From UHGV virus genome UHGV-0824332: a stretch of DNA of 38,403 bases, one strand, 5' to 3'. The position numbers and the translations under genes were made by a program. The notes under the pieces are model-generated. The model did not search any database and had not been told where the DNA came from. It saw only the letters and a list, made by a program, of their open reading frames with translations. The number at the start of each line of letters is the position of its first letter. Within the stretch, counting starts at the first letter, position 1. Of the stretch, positions 18,014 through 27,059 are shown piece after piece. The stretch is from a virus.

Positions 18014-18618
18014 CAGGACAACCTCGCAATGGTAAACTCGTCAACCGGTGGCAGTGGTTCCTGTGATTCATTCTGGCTATGCGAGCCAGCACTAAGAATC
18101 ACGCGATTGTACATATTGAGGGCAAACGTACCGAGGTCTGCATTCCCAGTCAGCGCCATGTTAATAGCTGCCGCAAGACGCCAGGCCAACGCCTCCATAA
18201 AAATGGCATCAAACATGTTCACATCTGAAACGCGAGAGACATACTTGAGCCATGCCTGCGGCTGGTCTGTGTAGATCAACTTTCCTGTTCCGTTGGTGTC
18301 TGCACCAACTTCGTACTGAACGCGCATTGCTGCTGTTGGATTGCGTACACCAGGAAGCATAATTTCAGTAATGCGCAGACAATCGGACGGGTACTGATAC
18401 GCATATTCCCAGTCAGGCGGTGGATTGCTCGTATCTGCAAGCGCCACGCGTTTGGTAGCAAAGTTCCAGTCAAAATCAGAAAGCACAGCATCACGGCAGG
18501 CCTCAAAGTGCAGCGAACATTCCCCCGCTTCCTTGCTGGCTTCCGTCAGGCTGTTAATGCTGCGGCTATTGCCAATATTGGACAGCGCACGATTGCAGAT
18601 CTCTACTACAGAGGCCAT
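18013..18618 (-). CDS. Tail tubular protein A-like (adaptor)
   Basis: 201 aa, immediately upstream of tubular B-like gene. Confidence 0.55.
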   Translation of the reverse strand: MASVVEICNRALSNIGNSRSINSLTEASKEAGECSLHFEACRDAVLSDFDWNFATKRVALADTSNPPPDWEYAYQYPSDCLRITEIMLPGVRNPTAAMRVQYEVGADTNGTGKLIYTDQPQAWLKYVSRVSDVNMFDAIFMEALAWRLAAAINMALTGNADLGTFALNMYNRVILSAGSHSQNESQEPLPPVDEFTIARLS

Positions 18619-18947
18619 TACTCACCCCCATTGCCGTACAGGGTTTCAGCCGCTGATTTTTCTACATCCCCGGAAACAGGAGCGATCGCCATATCAGTGA
18701 TCTGCAGATCGGCGCTGCGATTAACACCATCGTCAGTTTCTCTGGCAGACAGGCCTCGAATAACAGCTTTTGCAGTTATCATCACTTCTGTTCCGACGCC
18801 CTGAGGTTGCGCCTTCAGCTTATTCAATGTGTCGTTATTAAGAGTGATGCACAGCCCCCACGGGTATTCATCGCGAGTTCTGGTTTCTCCGCTCTCATCC
18901 TGGTAGCTGTCAGTGCCGGTTTTGAGGTTTACGAGTTCCATATACAC
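18618..18947 (-). CDS. Hypothetical small virion-module protein
   Basis: ORF in late operon; probable ATG at 18941. Confidence 0.45.
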   Translation of the reverse strand: MYMELVNLKTGTDSYQDESGETRTRDEYPWGLCITLNNDTLNKLKAQPQGVGTEVMITAKAVIRGLSARETDDGVNRSADLQITDMAIAPVSGDVEKSAAETLYGNGGE

Positions 18948-18991
18948 TCCTGCAATAAAGGGGCCGAAGCCCCTTGTCGGATTCGCGAGGC

Positions 18992-19327
18992 TTACACGCC
19001 TAGTTCTTTACGCTTATCTGCGATCTTCTCGCGGAGCGTTTCGGCTTTAGCGTTATGGTGTGGCTTCTCGTTAAAGAGCAATTCGTACTCTTCACGGAGC
19101 TTATCCAGTTCACCATCATCTGACACATCGTTGATGATTTTGGTGCTGGTTGCTGCCATTGACACCTTTCCTGCAACTTTTGCTTTTGCCTGTCTGGCTG
19201 CATCGTTAACAGGTTCCAGTGCGCTACCAGGCTCACCTTCGTATTCGATTTCTGCCCCCTCCGGCCACAGAGTGTTATGGATATGAGAGAGGCGCAGAAC
19301 GCGGTATCTTGGTTTCTCACCTGACAT
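18992..19327 (-). CDS. Hypothetical small virion-module protein
   Basis: ATG at 19327 preceded by AAGGTG. Confidence 0.5.
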   Translation of the reverse strand: MSGEKPRYRVLRLSHIHNTLWPEGAEIEYEGEPGSALEPVNDAARQAKAKVAGKVSMAATSTKIINDVSDDGELDKLREEYELLFNEKPHHNAKAETLREKIADKRKELGV

Positions 19328-19337
19328 CGATATCACC

Positions 19338-19775
19338 TTAACCAGTTACTTTTGAGCGGATCGGATACGGCGTATTGGCATCAACATCAAGACTGATACC
19401 AGCAGTGAATTCGCCAGCCGTTAGTGGGCCAGTTGCGACGGAGTAGTTAACACGCAGATATCGCTGAACACCGGCAGGCACCTTTGCAGAAACAACTCGT
19501 TTACCTGCTGTCAGGGCGGTCTTTGCCAGTGCACCACTATCATAAATAGTGGTCCATGAGCTGTTATCCTCACTCGTCTGCAACTGGATGTTTACAGTTG
19601 CATCACCGCTTGCTGCGGCGGCTGTGTTAACCAGCGCCCAAAACTCAAGCGGGTAACCCACGCCGATATCACGACGTTTTCCGTCAATTGGACCGAGATC
19701 GATTACGTCAGTAGAAGCCGCGGTATCAGTTACCGCCTGTGCTTCGGAGAACATCAACAGTTTGTCGGTGATCAT
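19338..19775 (-). CDS. Putative head decoration/cement-like protein
   Basis: 145 aa beta-rich protein immediately downstream of major capsid gene. Confidence 0.45.
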   Translation of the reverse strand: MITDKLLMFSEAQAVTDTAASTDVIDLGPIDGKRRDIGVGYPLEFWALVNTAAAASGDATVNIQLQTSEDNSSWTTIYDSGALAKTALTAGKRVVSAKVPAGVQRYLRVNYSVATGPLTAGEFTAGISLDVDANTPYPIRSKVTG

Positions 19776-19826
19776 CTTCTTTCTCCATTAGTGGGTCTGT
19801 TACGACCCACAGGTTAATAACAGGCG

Positions 19827-20819
19827 TTACACCACGCGGGCTTCTGTTTCCAGAATCGCATCAGTTTCACGGATTGGTACACCACGGAATGAAGTCCACC
19901 ACTCGCCTTCTGTCTCTTTTACGCTGATCGCCAGAGATGTTTTCTCCAGAGATTGCAGATCAAGAGCCTGGCCTACAGTGCGGTTCATGTAGAACACCGG
20001 GCGACCCATGCCACGATTTGGAATGCGATGCAGTGCTTTAACCATCAACTTCGCAATATTTGCGGCAGAGGAAGGTTCTGAAAGATTGCTGACATCGATG
20101 TTTGCAATGCGAACAACATAACGCCAGTCACGTAGAGCAAGTCCGTTATCCCATTTGTAATGGGTGCGATAGCCTTCGTACTTGCCGCCATTAGCATCTT
20201 CCAGTGTCACCTGGCCTTTATCTTCCATTTGGATGCCAGCCTTCTGCCCTTTCGGGAAGATGCCATGCACGGTGTTTTCGCCCCACACCACTAACCAGAT
20301 TGAGGTGTTATCTGTACCCGTGCCACCAGCATCAATGATGTTCTGAGCATTACCCGCAGACAGGCTGGAATAGCGGGAGGACAGTCCCATAAACTGCTGA
20401 GGGTTAACGCTGGAATCACCATAAAACAGCGTCTGCGCCATCTGCTGATTCATCGCTTCAATAAATGCTCGGTCTTCAGACAGGCGGAATTCGGCGGTAT
20501 TGCCGTTCAGATCAGCCAGTGACTTATCGACTTCAGCATAGGTTTCCAGCATGCCAACGTAATCGGTGACCTGCACTGTGGTTGATTTGCTTGGCTGTAC
20601 GCCATAGTTCAGCAAACGCCAGGTAGCTGAAGGTAAACCAGAACGAATGGTGGTTCGGTGTCCGGTAGGAAGGTTCCCTTCGACAAAAGGCATATCCTGA
20701 AGGATCGGGTTAGTTTGACCGAGAAGCTCGATAATCTTATCGACTTTCCCGTTTGGATCGACGCGCTTACCCCAGTCAGCCAGCGTTAGCGCAGTTAAGC
20801 CTTTAACAGCCATTGTCAT
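19827..20819 (-). CDS. Major capsid protein
   Basis: 330 aa, downstream of scaffold in conserved order portal-scaffold-capsid. Confidence 0.8.
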   Translation of the reverse strand: MTMAVKGLTALTLADWGKRVDPNGKVDKIIELLGQTNPILQDMPFVEGNLPTGHRTTIRSGLPSATWRLLNYGVQPSKSTTVQVTDYVGMLETYAEVDKSLADLNGNTAEFRLSEDRAFIEAMNQQMAQTLFYGDSSVNPQQFMGLSSRYSSLSAGNAQNIIDAGGTGTDNTSIWLVVWGENTVHGIFPKGQKAGIQMEDKGQVTLEDANGGKYEGYRTHYKWDNGLALRDWRYVVRIANIDVSNLSEPSSAANIAKLMVKALHRIPNRGMGRPVFYMNRTVGQALDLQSLEKTSLAISVKETEGEWWTSFRGVPIRETDAILETEARVV

Positions 20820-20827
20820 TTCCTCTC

Positions 20828-21529
20828 TTATTTGCCATAGAGCACTTCGGCCGCACTACGCTGGCCTTCATTACCACCGGTGACCATGCCATCTTCAGAC
20901 ATCGCCTTTCCGATTTTCACGAACGTTTTGACCAGATCAGGGTGATTACCCAGTCCGGTGGTGTTCAGATATTCTTTGAGTTCAGGTGTCCCGAACTGGT
21001 CAAGCGCACGCTGTGCGGCGCTAAGGTTAGAAATCAACTTGTCGCCACCGATTTCTTTGTCAGCTTTTACATCCGCAGCCCACTGCTCGGTTGTTTTCTG
21101 CCAGGCTTCTGCCTGGCGCTGCTGAACACCTGCCAGAATCTTCGGATAAGCATCAACCAGCTTTTGCGCTTGCTCGTTGGTCAGGTTAAGTTCTCGCGCC
21201 ACCGGCTCGAATTCCTTCAACGCTTCTGTATCCAGCTCTACGCCTTCGGCAGCCTGAAACTCGTACTTCTCAGGCGCCCCCTCTGGTTTATCGCCGTCCT
21301 TTTTTTCATCCTGCTTATCGTTTTCAGGCTTTTTGTCATCAGCAGGTTTATCGCCATCAGCAACAGGTTGTGGCTTATCACCTTCCAGTTGTGATGGATC
21401 ACCAACTGGAGCAGGGTTATCACCTGCAGGCGCTGACGGTTCTGACGCAGCCGGAGCTGCTCCGCCATCAACTGGTTGCTCATTGCAAAGACGGCGATAC
21501 AGCAAACGCTCAAATAAATTCATGATCAC
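20828..21529 (-). CDS. Scaffolding protein
   Basis: 233 aa, acidic Pro/Ala/Asp-rich N-terminal half and helical C-terminus. Confidence 0.7.
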   Translation of the reverse strand: MIMNLFERLLYRRLCNEQPVDGGAAPAASEPSAPAGDNPAPVGDPSQLEGDKPQPVADGDKPADDKKPENDKQDEKKDGDKPEGAPEKYEFQAAEGVELDTEALKEFEPVARELNLTNEQAQKLVDAYPKILAGVQQRQAEAWQKTTEQWAADVKADKEIGGDKLISNLSAAQRALDQFGTPELKEYLNTTGLGNHPDLVKTFVKIGKAMSEDGMVTGGNEGQRSAAEVLYGK

Positions 21530-21822
21530 TCCTGTTCACTGGCCTCTTTGGCCATCTTCAAATACTGTTCAGGGCAATGCGCCATAACGCGCTGAAACAG
21601 TTCCAGCGCCAGATTGCGTTGCCCCTCATTAAATGCCATTGCCATAGCATCCATCGGAGAGATAGCGGAAAACACCCGGCCTTTCTCCAGCACCGACCAG
21701 ACAACGCGACGCCCCTGTTCACTGCTCATGACAAAGCGAATGTCATCAATTTCACGCTGTGCCATGTCACGTTGCTTACGGGCGTTTTCTTCTTTCAGTT
21801 GATCGTCTTCGTAATCTGTCAT
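21526..21822 (-). CDS. Hypothetical protein between portal and scaffold
   Basis: 98 aa, start/stop overlaps with neighbours. Confidence 0.5.
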   Translation of the reverse strand: MTDYEDDQLKEENARKQRDMAQREIDDIRFVMSSEQGRRVVWSVLEKGRVFSAISPMDAMAMAFNEGQRNLALELFQRVMAHCPEQYLKMAKEASEQE

Positions 21823-23498
21823 TGTGATTGCCCACCCTGACCACTAAATGCATTCGCCATAGCTGACAAAACACTCGGATCCGAAGTTTTAGCTTCGCTT
21901 AGCGTCTTGGCACCCTGTGCCGCCGCCATCCCCATCGCCATCATTTGTTGCTGCTGTTGTTGCTGTGCCCGTTGCTGGCGAGCCTGCTCAACCTGTTCCT
22001 GCGGAACAATGACGGTTGGAGACACTCCGGACATATCAGCGAATGCATCGATCGCCTGATCAACGTTGAGTTTGTCGAGAGCTTCTGGTTTCGCTTGCGC
22101 AAGTTGACCAATGAAGTTGACCGTGGATGCCAGACTGGACAGGCCGATAGACTTCTGCGCCTGAGCCATGACGGAAATGTATTCGACCTTCAGGGGCATA
22201 CCTTCCATCGCGTCAGGTGGTGGCGGCAGCATGTTTTTACGCACCATCATCGAGAAAGCGCGGTCAATGAGAGGATTAAGACATTCGTCGTTCAGACGCT
22301 CCAGAACCGGCCCCAACATCAGAAGTTTTTCTTCTTTCATTTCGATCACCGCTTCAACAGGCATCGAGCGGGTATTGATGTTCTGCAACATCATGAACAG
22401 ATCGACAAAGTAGGCGCTGTTAATGATTTGACGAGTGTCCTGAATGTCTGCCACCAAATCTGCTGTACTGGGGTTAACCAGATAAGCAGGCCTGAAACTA
22501 TCCTGACCAGTAATCTGATCGATATACGTGATGTCGCCAGGAAGAAGGGAGGCACGCTGATTCTTGAGGGAAGTCGGAGCAATCATCGGCGGATTGGTGG
22601 CTTTATCAATCAACTGCGACTTGCGCTTCTGGAGAAGCTGCAATGCCTTAACAGGTCCAAGCGCCAGCATACCCGGGCATGATGATCCATAAACATCTTC
22701 GCCGTTAACTTCCCAGCGCGGAGCCATAATTGGAAACTCATCGAATCCGGACTCACGCAACAACTTGTCGTTATCGCCACCAACCTCGTAATAAACCGAT
22801 TTGAATGGCTTGTTCTTGCTATCCAGCTTCGATGTATCGCGGTCAATGTTCGGGTAAACCGAATGCATCACTTCAATCCACTTCTCGTAGGTGCCGCTTT
22901 CCCACATGCTTTTTACGGATTCGCTGACGTTATTTAGCCCGAACTCCTGAACAAGCTGACGAACAGTCATAGAGAACTTGCGAAAACAGGTGTCCACACT
23001 GCCACGAGGTGAGTTAGCTAGGTAGTAACTGCCTATCGGGAATGGCATTGTGCGAATGATGTCCTCATCATCCTCCAGTACCGCCATTGCACCGGTGCTG
23101 TATGTGCCGAGGCTTCCATATAACTGCGGCAGCGACTGATAGAGATTCGACTTATTGAACATATCGTTCATGCGGTTCTGCACGGCCTCAAGCCACAACT
23201 TAACAGGGCCATAATCCATCATTTCAGGATCTGGCGTAGCCAGGCGAAACCACGGACGCGCGGGGCTTGTGATGCCTGACATCATGCCGCTGGCGAGAGT
23301 GCGCGCCGCCATAGTCCCGGTCGAATCAATAATGCGTGTATTGCGTCGATCGTTACGGTTGACCTCAGAAGTCAGAAAGCGGGAACCACGCGGGTTGATG
23401 TAATCACTCAACTCGCGCCAGTGCGGCTCGAACGACTGACGCTCGCTTTCAAGTTGTGCGAACTGTTTGTTCAATCGCTCTTTAGTTGTTTCCGCCAT
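21819..23498 (-). CDS. Portal (head-to-tail connector) protein
   Basis: 559 aa with Gln-rich C-terminal tail; follows terminase module. Confidence 0.85.
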   Translation of the reverse strand: MAETTKERLNKQFAQLESERQSFEPHWRELSDYINPRGSRFLTSEVNRNDRRNTRIIDSTGTMAARTLASGMMSGITSPARPWFRLATPDPEMMDYGPVKLWLEAVQNRMNDMFNKSNLYQSLPQLYGSLGTYSTGAMAVLEDDEDIIRTMPFPIGSYYLANSPRGSVDTCFRKFSMTVRQLVQEFGLNNVSESVKSMWESGTYEKWIEVMHSVYPNIDRDTSKLDSKNKPFKSVYYEVGGDNDKLLRESGFDEFPIMAPRWEVNGEDVYGSSCPGMLALGPVKALQLLQKRKSQLIDKATNPPMIAPTSLKNQRASLLPGDITYIDQITGQDSFRPAYLVNPSTADLVADIQDTRQIINSAYFVDLFMMLQNINTRSMPVEAVIEMKEEKLLMLGPVLERLNDECLNPLIDRAFSMMVRKNMLPPPPDAMEGMPLKVEYISVMAQAQKSIGLSSLASTVNFIGQLAQAKPEALDKLNVDQAIDAFADMSGVSPTVIVPQEQVEQARQQRAQQQQQQQMMAMGMAAAQGAKTLSEAKTSDPSVLSAMANAFSGQGGQSQ

Positions 23499-23512
23499 TT
23501 CAATGACTCCGG

Positions 23513-23719
23513 TTACTGACCAAGTAGCGTTTTACCGCTGGTATTAGCGGTTGATGTGTCGCCCTGAGAACCGGTAAGCAGCGTAGAACTACGACCAGCA
23601 GCAGCGCGACGGCGACGTGTTTCTTCGTCGCGGGCATCAACAACGGCGGCATCCTGCTCCTGTGGTGCTGCCTGAACTTCTGGTGTTGCAGGCACTGATG
23701 GTGAGCTACCCATGCACAT
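23513..23719 (-). CDS. Hypothetical small protein upstream of portal
   Basis: 68 aa; ATG preceded by GGAG. Confidence 0.4.
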   Translation of the reverse strand: MCMGSSPSVPATPEVQAAPQEQDAAVVDARDEETRRRRAAAGRSSTLLTGSQGDTSTANTSGKTLLGQ

Positions 23720-23809
23720 ATCAATGACTCCGTACGCAATTAAATTATTACCAATTTAACCACATATGATTTATTTATCGTAGATAATTGACATTTAACG
23801 CACGAGTTA

Positions 23810-23824
23810 TTACCTTTCAGGTAG
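23810..23824. promoter_or_regulatory. Operator-like site C, TTACC-TTTCA-GGTAG, with -35-like TTGACA at 23788..23793
   Basis: Family palindrome (one half-site mismatch) in divergent intergenic region between late genes and tRNA moron. Confidence 0.4.
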
Positions 23825-23952
23825 GCAAAGAGTTCATTCCGGTTATTAACCTGACTGGCTTGTCGTTAAATTGAACAGGTGGAGTGAGCTTTTATTTTGA
23901 GCAGTACGGCGTATGGCACATGCGCCGATAGCGGTCTGGATACGTTTAAGGG

Positions 23953-24078
23953 GTACCCTCCCTTGCTCGGGCAAACGAACCAGGTAGCCGGAATGTGCAA
24001 GTCGAGCGGTTTTATTCCGCGCACGGGGATTCACCATCCCGGCGATTCGGTGTGACGCCTCGGAAGAGACGAGGGTAC
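23953..24078 (+). ncRNA. Candidate structured RNA or tRNA leader upstream of tRNA-Arg
   Basis: 8-bp closing helix GTACCCTC/GAGGGTAC enclosing about 110 nt with nested stems CGGAAT/ATTCCG and GGGAT/ATCCC; no convincing ORF. Confidence 0.25.
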
Positions 24079-24146
24079 AACGATGAGAGCATTTATGGAG
24101 CCGCGACAAAGTGTGGCGCCTTAACAGGCTAAGTGCTCTCAGCGTT

Positions 24147-24223
24147 GTGGCATTAGCTCAGTTGGACAGAGCAACCGCCTTCTAAGCGGTTGGTTGCAGG
24201 TTCGAATCCTGCATGCCACGCCA
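24147..24223 (+). tRNA. tRNA-Arg, anticodon UCU
   Basis: Acceptor stem GTGGCAT/ATGCCAC, D-arm GCTC..GAGC, anticodon loop CTTCTAA, T-arm GCAGG-TTCGAAT-CCTGC, encoded CCA. Confidence 0.85.
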
Positions 24224-24266
24224 GAATCACGCCTAAGGACCGTGATGCCAGAAGTTCCAGGTGCTT

Positions 24267-24309
24267 GGCGGTGACAGTTTCCCTTGAAGGACTATCACCG
24301 CCCTTTTTA
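24267..24309 (+). terminator. Rho-independent terminator after tRNA
   Basis: 8-bp stem GGCGGTGA/TCACCGCC then CTTTTT. Confidence 0.55.
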
Positions 24310-24386
24310 CAGCAGGACGCCATTGCGATGACTTCATGCTGTAAACCCGTACAGCCACGGAAGGCATAACTCATTGCTTCCAGTTC

Positions 24387-24410
24387 GCCCGGTTCGACGG
24401 GCATTTTTTT
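24387..24410 (+). terminator. Hairpin plus U-tract immediately upstream of the 24422 gene
   Basis: GCCCG-GTTCGA-CGGGC then ATTTTTTT, followed by RBS AAGGTGAG and ATG. Confidence 0.55.
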
Positions 24411-24421
24411 AAGGTGAGATT

Positions 24422-24778
24422 ATGAACGACCAGCAAATCGAAAAAGAAATCGTTGAGAAAGGCAAAACCGCTCCGCGAGTTACGCCTCAATATATCGAAA
24501 GCATCATTCTTGAAGAGCATTTCTTTACTGCTTATGACGGCATTCGTGCTGCCAATATGGGCGTTGGCGATACGTGGACAGCGCATAAATCTACAGACCT
24601 CCTTACTTTCTGCGTACTGGTGCTGAAGAATGGCTTCACCGTCACCGGAGAGAGCGCATGTGCAAGCCCGGAAAACTTTGATGCAGAAATTGGTCGGAAG
24701 ATTGCCAGGCAGAATGCTGTAAACAAAATCTGGATGCTTGAAGGTTACTTGCTGAAGCAGAAGTTAAGCGAGCAATAA
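24422..24778 (+). CDS. Conserved small phage protein (possibly N4 Gp49 / Sf6 gp66 family), function unknown
   Basis: 118 aa, strong RBS; family assignment from memory only. Confidence 0.5.
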   Translation: MNDQQIEKEIVEKGKTAPRVTPQYIESIILEEHFFTAYDGIRAANMGVGDTWTAHKSTDLLTFCVLVLKNGFTVTGESACASPENFDAEIGRKIARQNAVNKIWMLEGYLLKQKLSEQ

Positions 24779-24782
24779 CACC

Positions 24783-24794
24783 GTGACATGTCAC
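24783..24794. other. Perfect 12-bp palindrome GTGACATGTCAC (copy 1)
   Basis: Identical palindrome recurs at 27048..27059; both lie just beyond stop codons flanking the terminase module. Confidence 0.45.
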
Positions 24795-24798
24795 AAAC

Positions 24799-24825
24799 AG
24801 CCAGCCTATGAGCTGGCTTTGTTTT
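24799..24825 (+). terminator. Hairpin plus T-run between gp49-like gene and terminase large subunit stop
   Basis: AGCCAGC-CTATG-GCTGGCT then TTGTTTT. Confidence 0.45.
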
Positions 24826-24868
24826 ATCCTCACCAGAGGATATCAACGACATTATCCCCACCAGCGGA

Positions 24869-26344
24869 TTAAGCATAGGGATCGTAATCTGTAATGGCCT
24901 TGCCTTGCTGGTTCTGCTGACCTGGAATTCGCAGACGCTTCGACACAGGGAAAGCAAACGTCAGCAATAGCGCATCGCCTTTACCCGGCGAACGCCCAAG
25001 CCGCTCCTTGATATCTTCCTTCGGTTCGATAACGATTTTACCGTCCACTCGAACTTTGTACTCTGCCGCCGACAGGTCGTCCGCTGTTTCCTGGTCATCA
25101 AGCATCCCGCCCAGCCTCAGCCATGTCTTGCATGAGTTGAACATCTCCCCACGCTTGTTGAGCATCTGCGGGTCAGTAGACGCGCCACCGAACGGAACAA
25201 GTTGCCATGTGCGCCCCCAACCGTCACCGATTGACTTCAGACCGGTACCGTAACCAAAGTCGATGAACACTGCGTCAGCCTGATACAGGTCTTCAAAATC
25301 AGCGATACGCTTCGCCATAATCAGATCGTCGGTAGTCTTGTTGCCAGTCCACAGCACCTTACTGTGTAGCCCCTGCCGCAGGTATATCACCGCGTCATCA
25401 ACGCCTGAATATGCCGGGTCAACACCGATTATCACCGGAGCATGTGCAACCTGCGCAGCGGTTACCACCCGTTTCATTGCCTCGTCAGTAAGACCGGTAG
25501 GGATAAACTGCAATTCAGATGCATCAGGGAATATGCCGCGCACACGGATTTTAACGAAGTCGCTGTCTTCCCCGTAGTCATCAACCCATTTCTGCAACTG
25601 CTGTTTGTTAGTGCCTTCCACCGTCCGGCTGTCAATCTGCGCACACTTCCAGCGGTGTTTGTACTTGCGGAAACATTCACGGAAACGCCCGGTGTTACGC
25701 GTCGGGTTCCCGAACGCCACCCAGATGATTTCGGTGTCTTCGTCCGTCAGCGCACCCTCTGCTACCTCCCACACCAGATCGGCAATGTTCGACGCTTCAT
25801 CGAATACCACGATGATGCGTTTGCGCTCGTTGTGTAGTCCGGCGAATGCCTCAGTGTTGTGCTCAGACCAGGGTATTGCGTCAGCCCGCCATCGCTTGTC
25901 GTGCCCTGGGTCATTGCTGTACATCGCGGTAGCGGTACAGGTAAACCAGTCTTTCGTGATAGCAAGGTTCGACCACTTGATAATTTCCGGCCAGGTCTTC
26001 GTTCGTAGCTGGTTGTCGGTGTTGGCGGTCACCACGACCTTACAATCCTCGCAAGTGGACATGCCCCAGTTGATCAGCATTGAGATGAATGCGGATTTAC
26101 CAATACCGTGACCCGAAGCACGTGCCAGCATAAGCGGCTGATAGCGCGTCTCTGGATTCTGCAGGTGATCACGTATCTCTCGGAACGCATCAGCCTGCCA
26201 CTGACGTGGGCCGGTAGCATGTGCCAGTTCAGTCCCCTCTTCCCCCCACGGGAACGCATAGAGGGCATAGCCAAGCGGATCGTGAGTGAACCCTGCAATA
26301 TCCTCGATCAACTGCTCTTCAGGAGATAACGCTGTATCTGTCAC
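24869..26344 (-). CDS. Terminase large subunit
   Basis: 491 aa with ATPase-like and nuclease-like regions; stop overlaps small-subunit gene. Confidence 0.9.
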   Translation of the reverse strand: MTDTALSPEEQLIEDIAGFTHDPLGYALYAFPWGEEGTELAHATGPRQWQADAFREIRDHLQNPETRYQPLMLARASGHGIGKSAFISMLINWGMSTCEDCKVVVTANTDNQLRTKTWPEIIKWSNLAITKDWFTCTATAMYSNDPGHDKRWRADAIPWSEHNTEAFAGLHNERKRIIVVFDEASNIADLVWEVAEGALTDEDTEIIWVAFGNPTRNTGRFRECFRKYKHRWKCAQIDSRTVEGTNKQQLQKWVDDYGEDSDFVKIRVRGIFPDASELQFIPTGLTDEAMKRVVTAAQVAHAPVIIGVDPAYSGVDDAVIYLRQGLHSKVLWTGNKTTDDLIMAKRIADFEDLYQADAVFIDFGYGTGLKSIGDGWGRTWQLVPFGGASTDPQMLNKRGEMFNSCKTWLRLGGMLDDQETADDLSAAEYKVRVDGKIVIEPKEDIKERLGRSPGKGDALLLTFAFPVSKRLRIPGQQNQQGKAITDYDPYA

Positions 26345-26937
26345 TGATTACCATCCTGACGTTCTTTGAGTCGCTTCCTGGCTGCTGCTATGCGATCAGC
26401 AATTGTCACATTCACATTAACATCCAGACGTTCTTTGAACGCGTTGACATCAACATGCTTACCAATCAGCTCAAGGTTCTTCACCTTGTCAGGCCATTTA
26501 ATTTTTTTGAGGATTGTCTCTATCGAATCCTCGTTCATGTTCATGATGGTCGATGACAGATCAAAGCCACTAAGCGTAGTGCGCCAGATTTTCGGCCACT
26601 CACGGATTGGTTTAAGGCTCCCATCGTCGTTGAGGATGTCGATCACGTCCATCTGGTCGATCTCCACCAGGCGCATGAGAACGTAATCAGCACTGACGCG
26701 CATTCGTTTGTTGCGCTCCTCCATCAACTCGGCAATCCGTTTTTGAATGCGTTCATCGCGCATCATGACACTGGCTTTAACTGCCGCTGTATTTGGGGAG
26801 AATCCTGCGTTAATCGCTGCCTGAGTCTGGTTTTCAGGCGTTTTGATGTATGACTGGCAATAAGCCTCCTGCATTGCTGTTAGTGGCTTAAATTGCGTTG
26901 ATTTGCGTTTATAGGTTTTAGGTTCAGCAGGCATCAT
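26341..26937 (-). CDS. Terminase small subunit
   Basis: Probable ATG at 26937 (MMPAEPKTYKRK...) preceded by GGTGG; helix-turn-helix-like N-terminus; directly upstream of large subunit. Confidence 0.7.
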   Translation of the reverse strand: MMPAEPKTYKRKSTQFKPLTAMQEAYCQSYIKTPENQTQAAINAGFSPNTAAVKASVMMRDERIQKRIAELMEERNKRMRVSADYVLMRLVEIDQMDVIDILNDDGSLKPIREWPKIWRTTLSGFDLSSTIMNMNEDSIETILKKIKWPDKVKNLELIGKHVDVNAFKERLDVNVNVTIADRIAAARKRLKERQDGNQ

Positions 26938-26954
26938 AACCACCGTGGTAATAG

Positions 26955-26969
26955 TTACCGTTGTGGTAA
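26955..26969. promoter_or_regulatory. Operator site M, TTACC-GTTGT-GGTAA, with overlapping extra half-sites, 18 bp upstream of terminase start
   Basis: Perfect family palindrome; adjacent GGTAATAGTTACC and GGTAATAGTACC half-site arrangements. Confidence 0.45.
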
Positions 26970-26979
26970 TAGTACCATG

Positions 26980-27006
26980 CAAAATAAAGCCGCCATAGTT
27001 GGCGGC
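26980..27006 (-). terminator. Rho-independent terminator just upstream of the packaging/late genes
   Basis: GCCGCC-ATAGTT-GGCGGC followed on the minus strand by TTTATTTTG. Confidence 0.55.
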
Positions 27007-27047
27007 AGTATTCAAAACCCATCAAATTCATCATGCATAATCTACTC

Positions 27048-27059
27048 GTGACATGTCAC
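27048..27059. other. Perfect 12-bp palindrome GTGACATGTCAC (copy 2)
   Basis: Overlaps the stop codon of the 27056..27397 gene. Confidence 0.45.

Noticed and set aside
8393-23000. Many plus-strand ORFs of 60-245 aa inside the large minus-strand structural genes (for example 12436..12717, 15713..16120, 17570..18274, 21945..22682)
   Set aside because: Each is fully embedded antisense in a long gene with coherent structural-module synteny; their Arg/Ser/Cys-rich composition is typical of antisense artefacts.
23953-24078. Retron msr/msd interpretation of the structured region with flanking inverted repeats
   Set aside because: No reverse transcriptase gene is present anywhere nearby; kept only as a generic structured-RNA candidate.
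24153-24404. Minus-strand 83-aa ORF overlapping the tRNA-Arg gene
   Set aside because: It is antisense to a well-formed tRNA and its terminators, with no RBS; almost certainly spurious.
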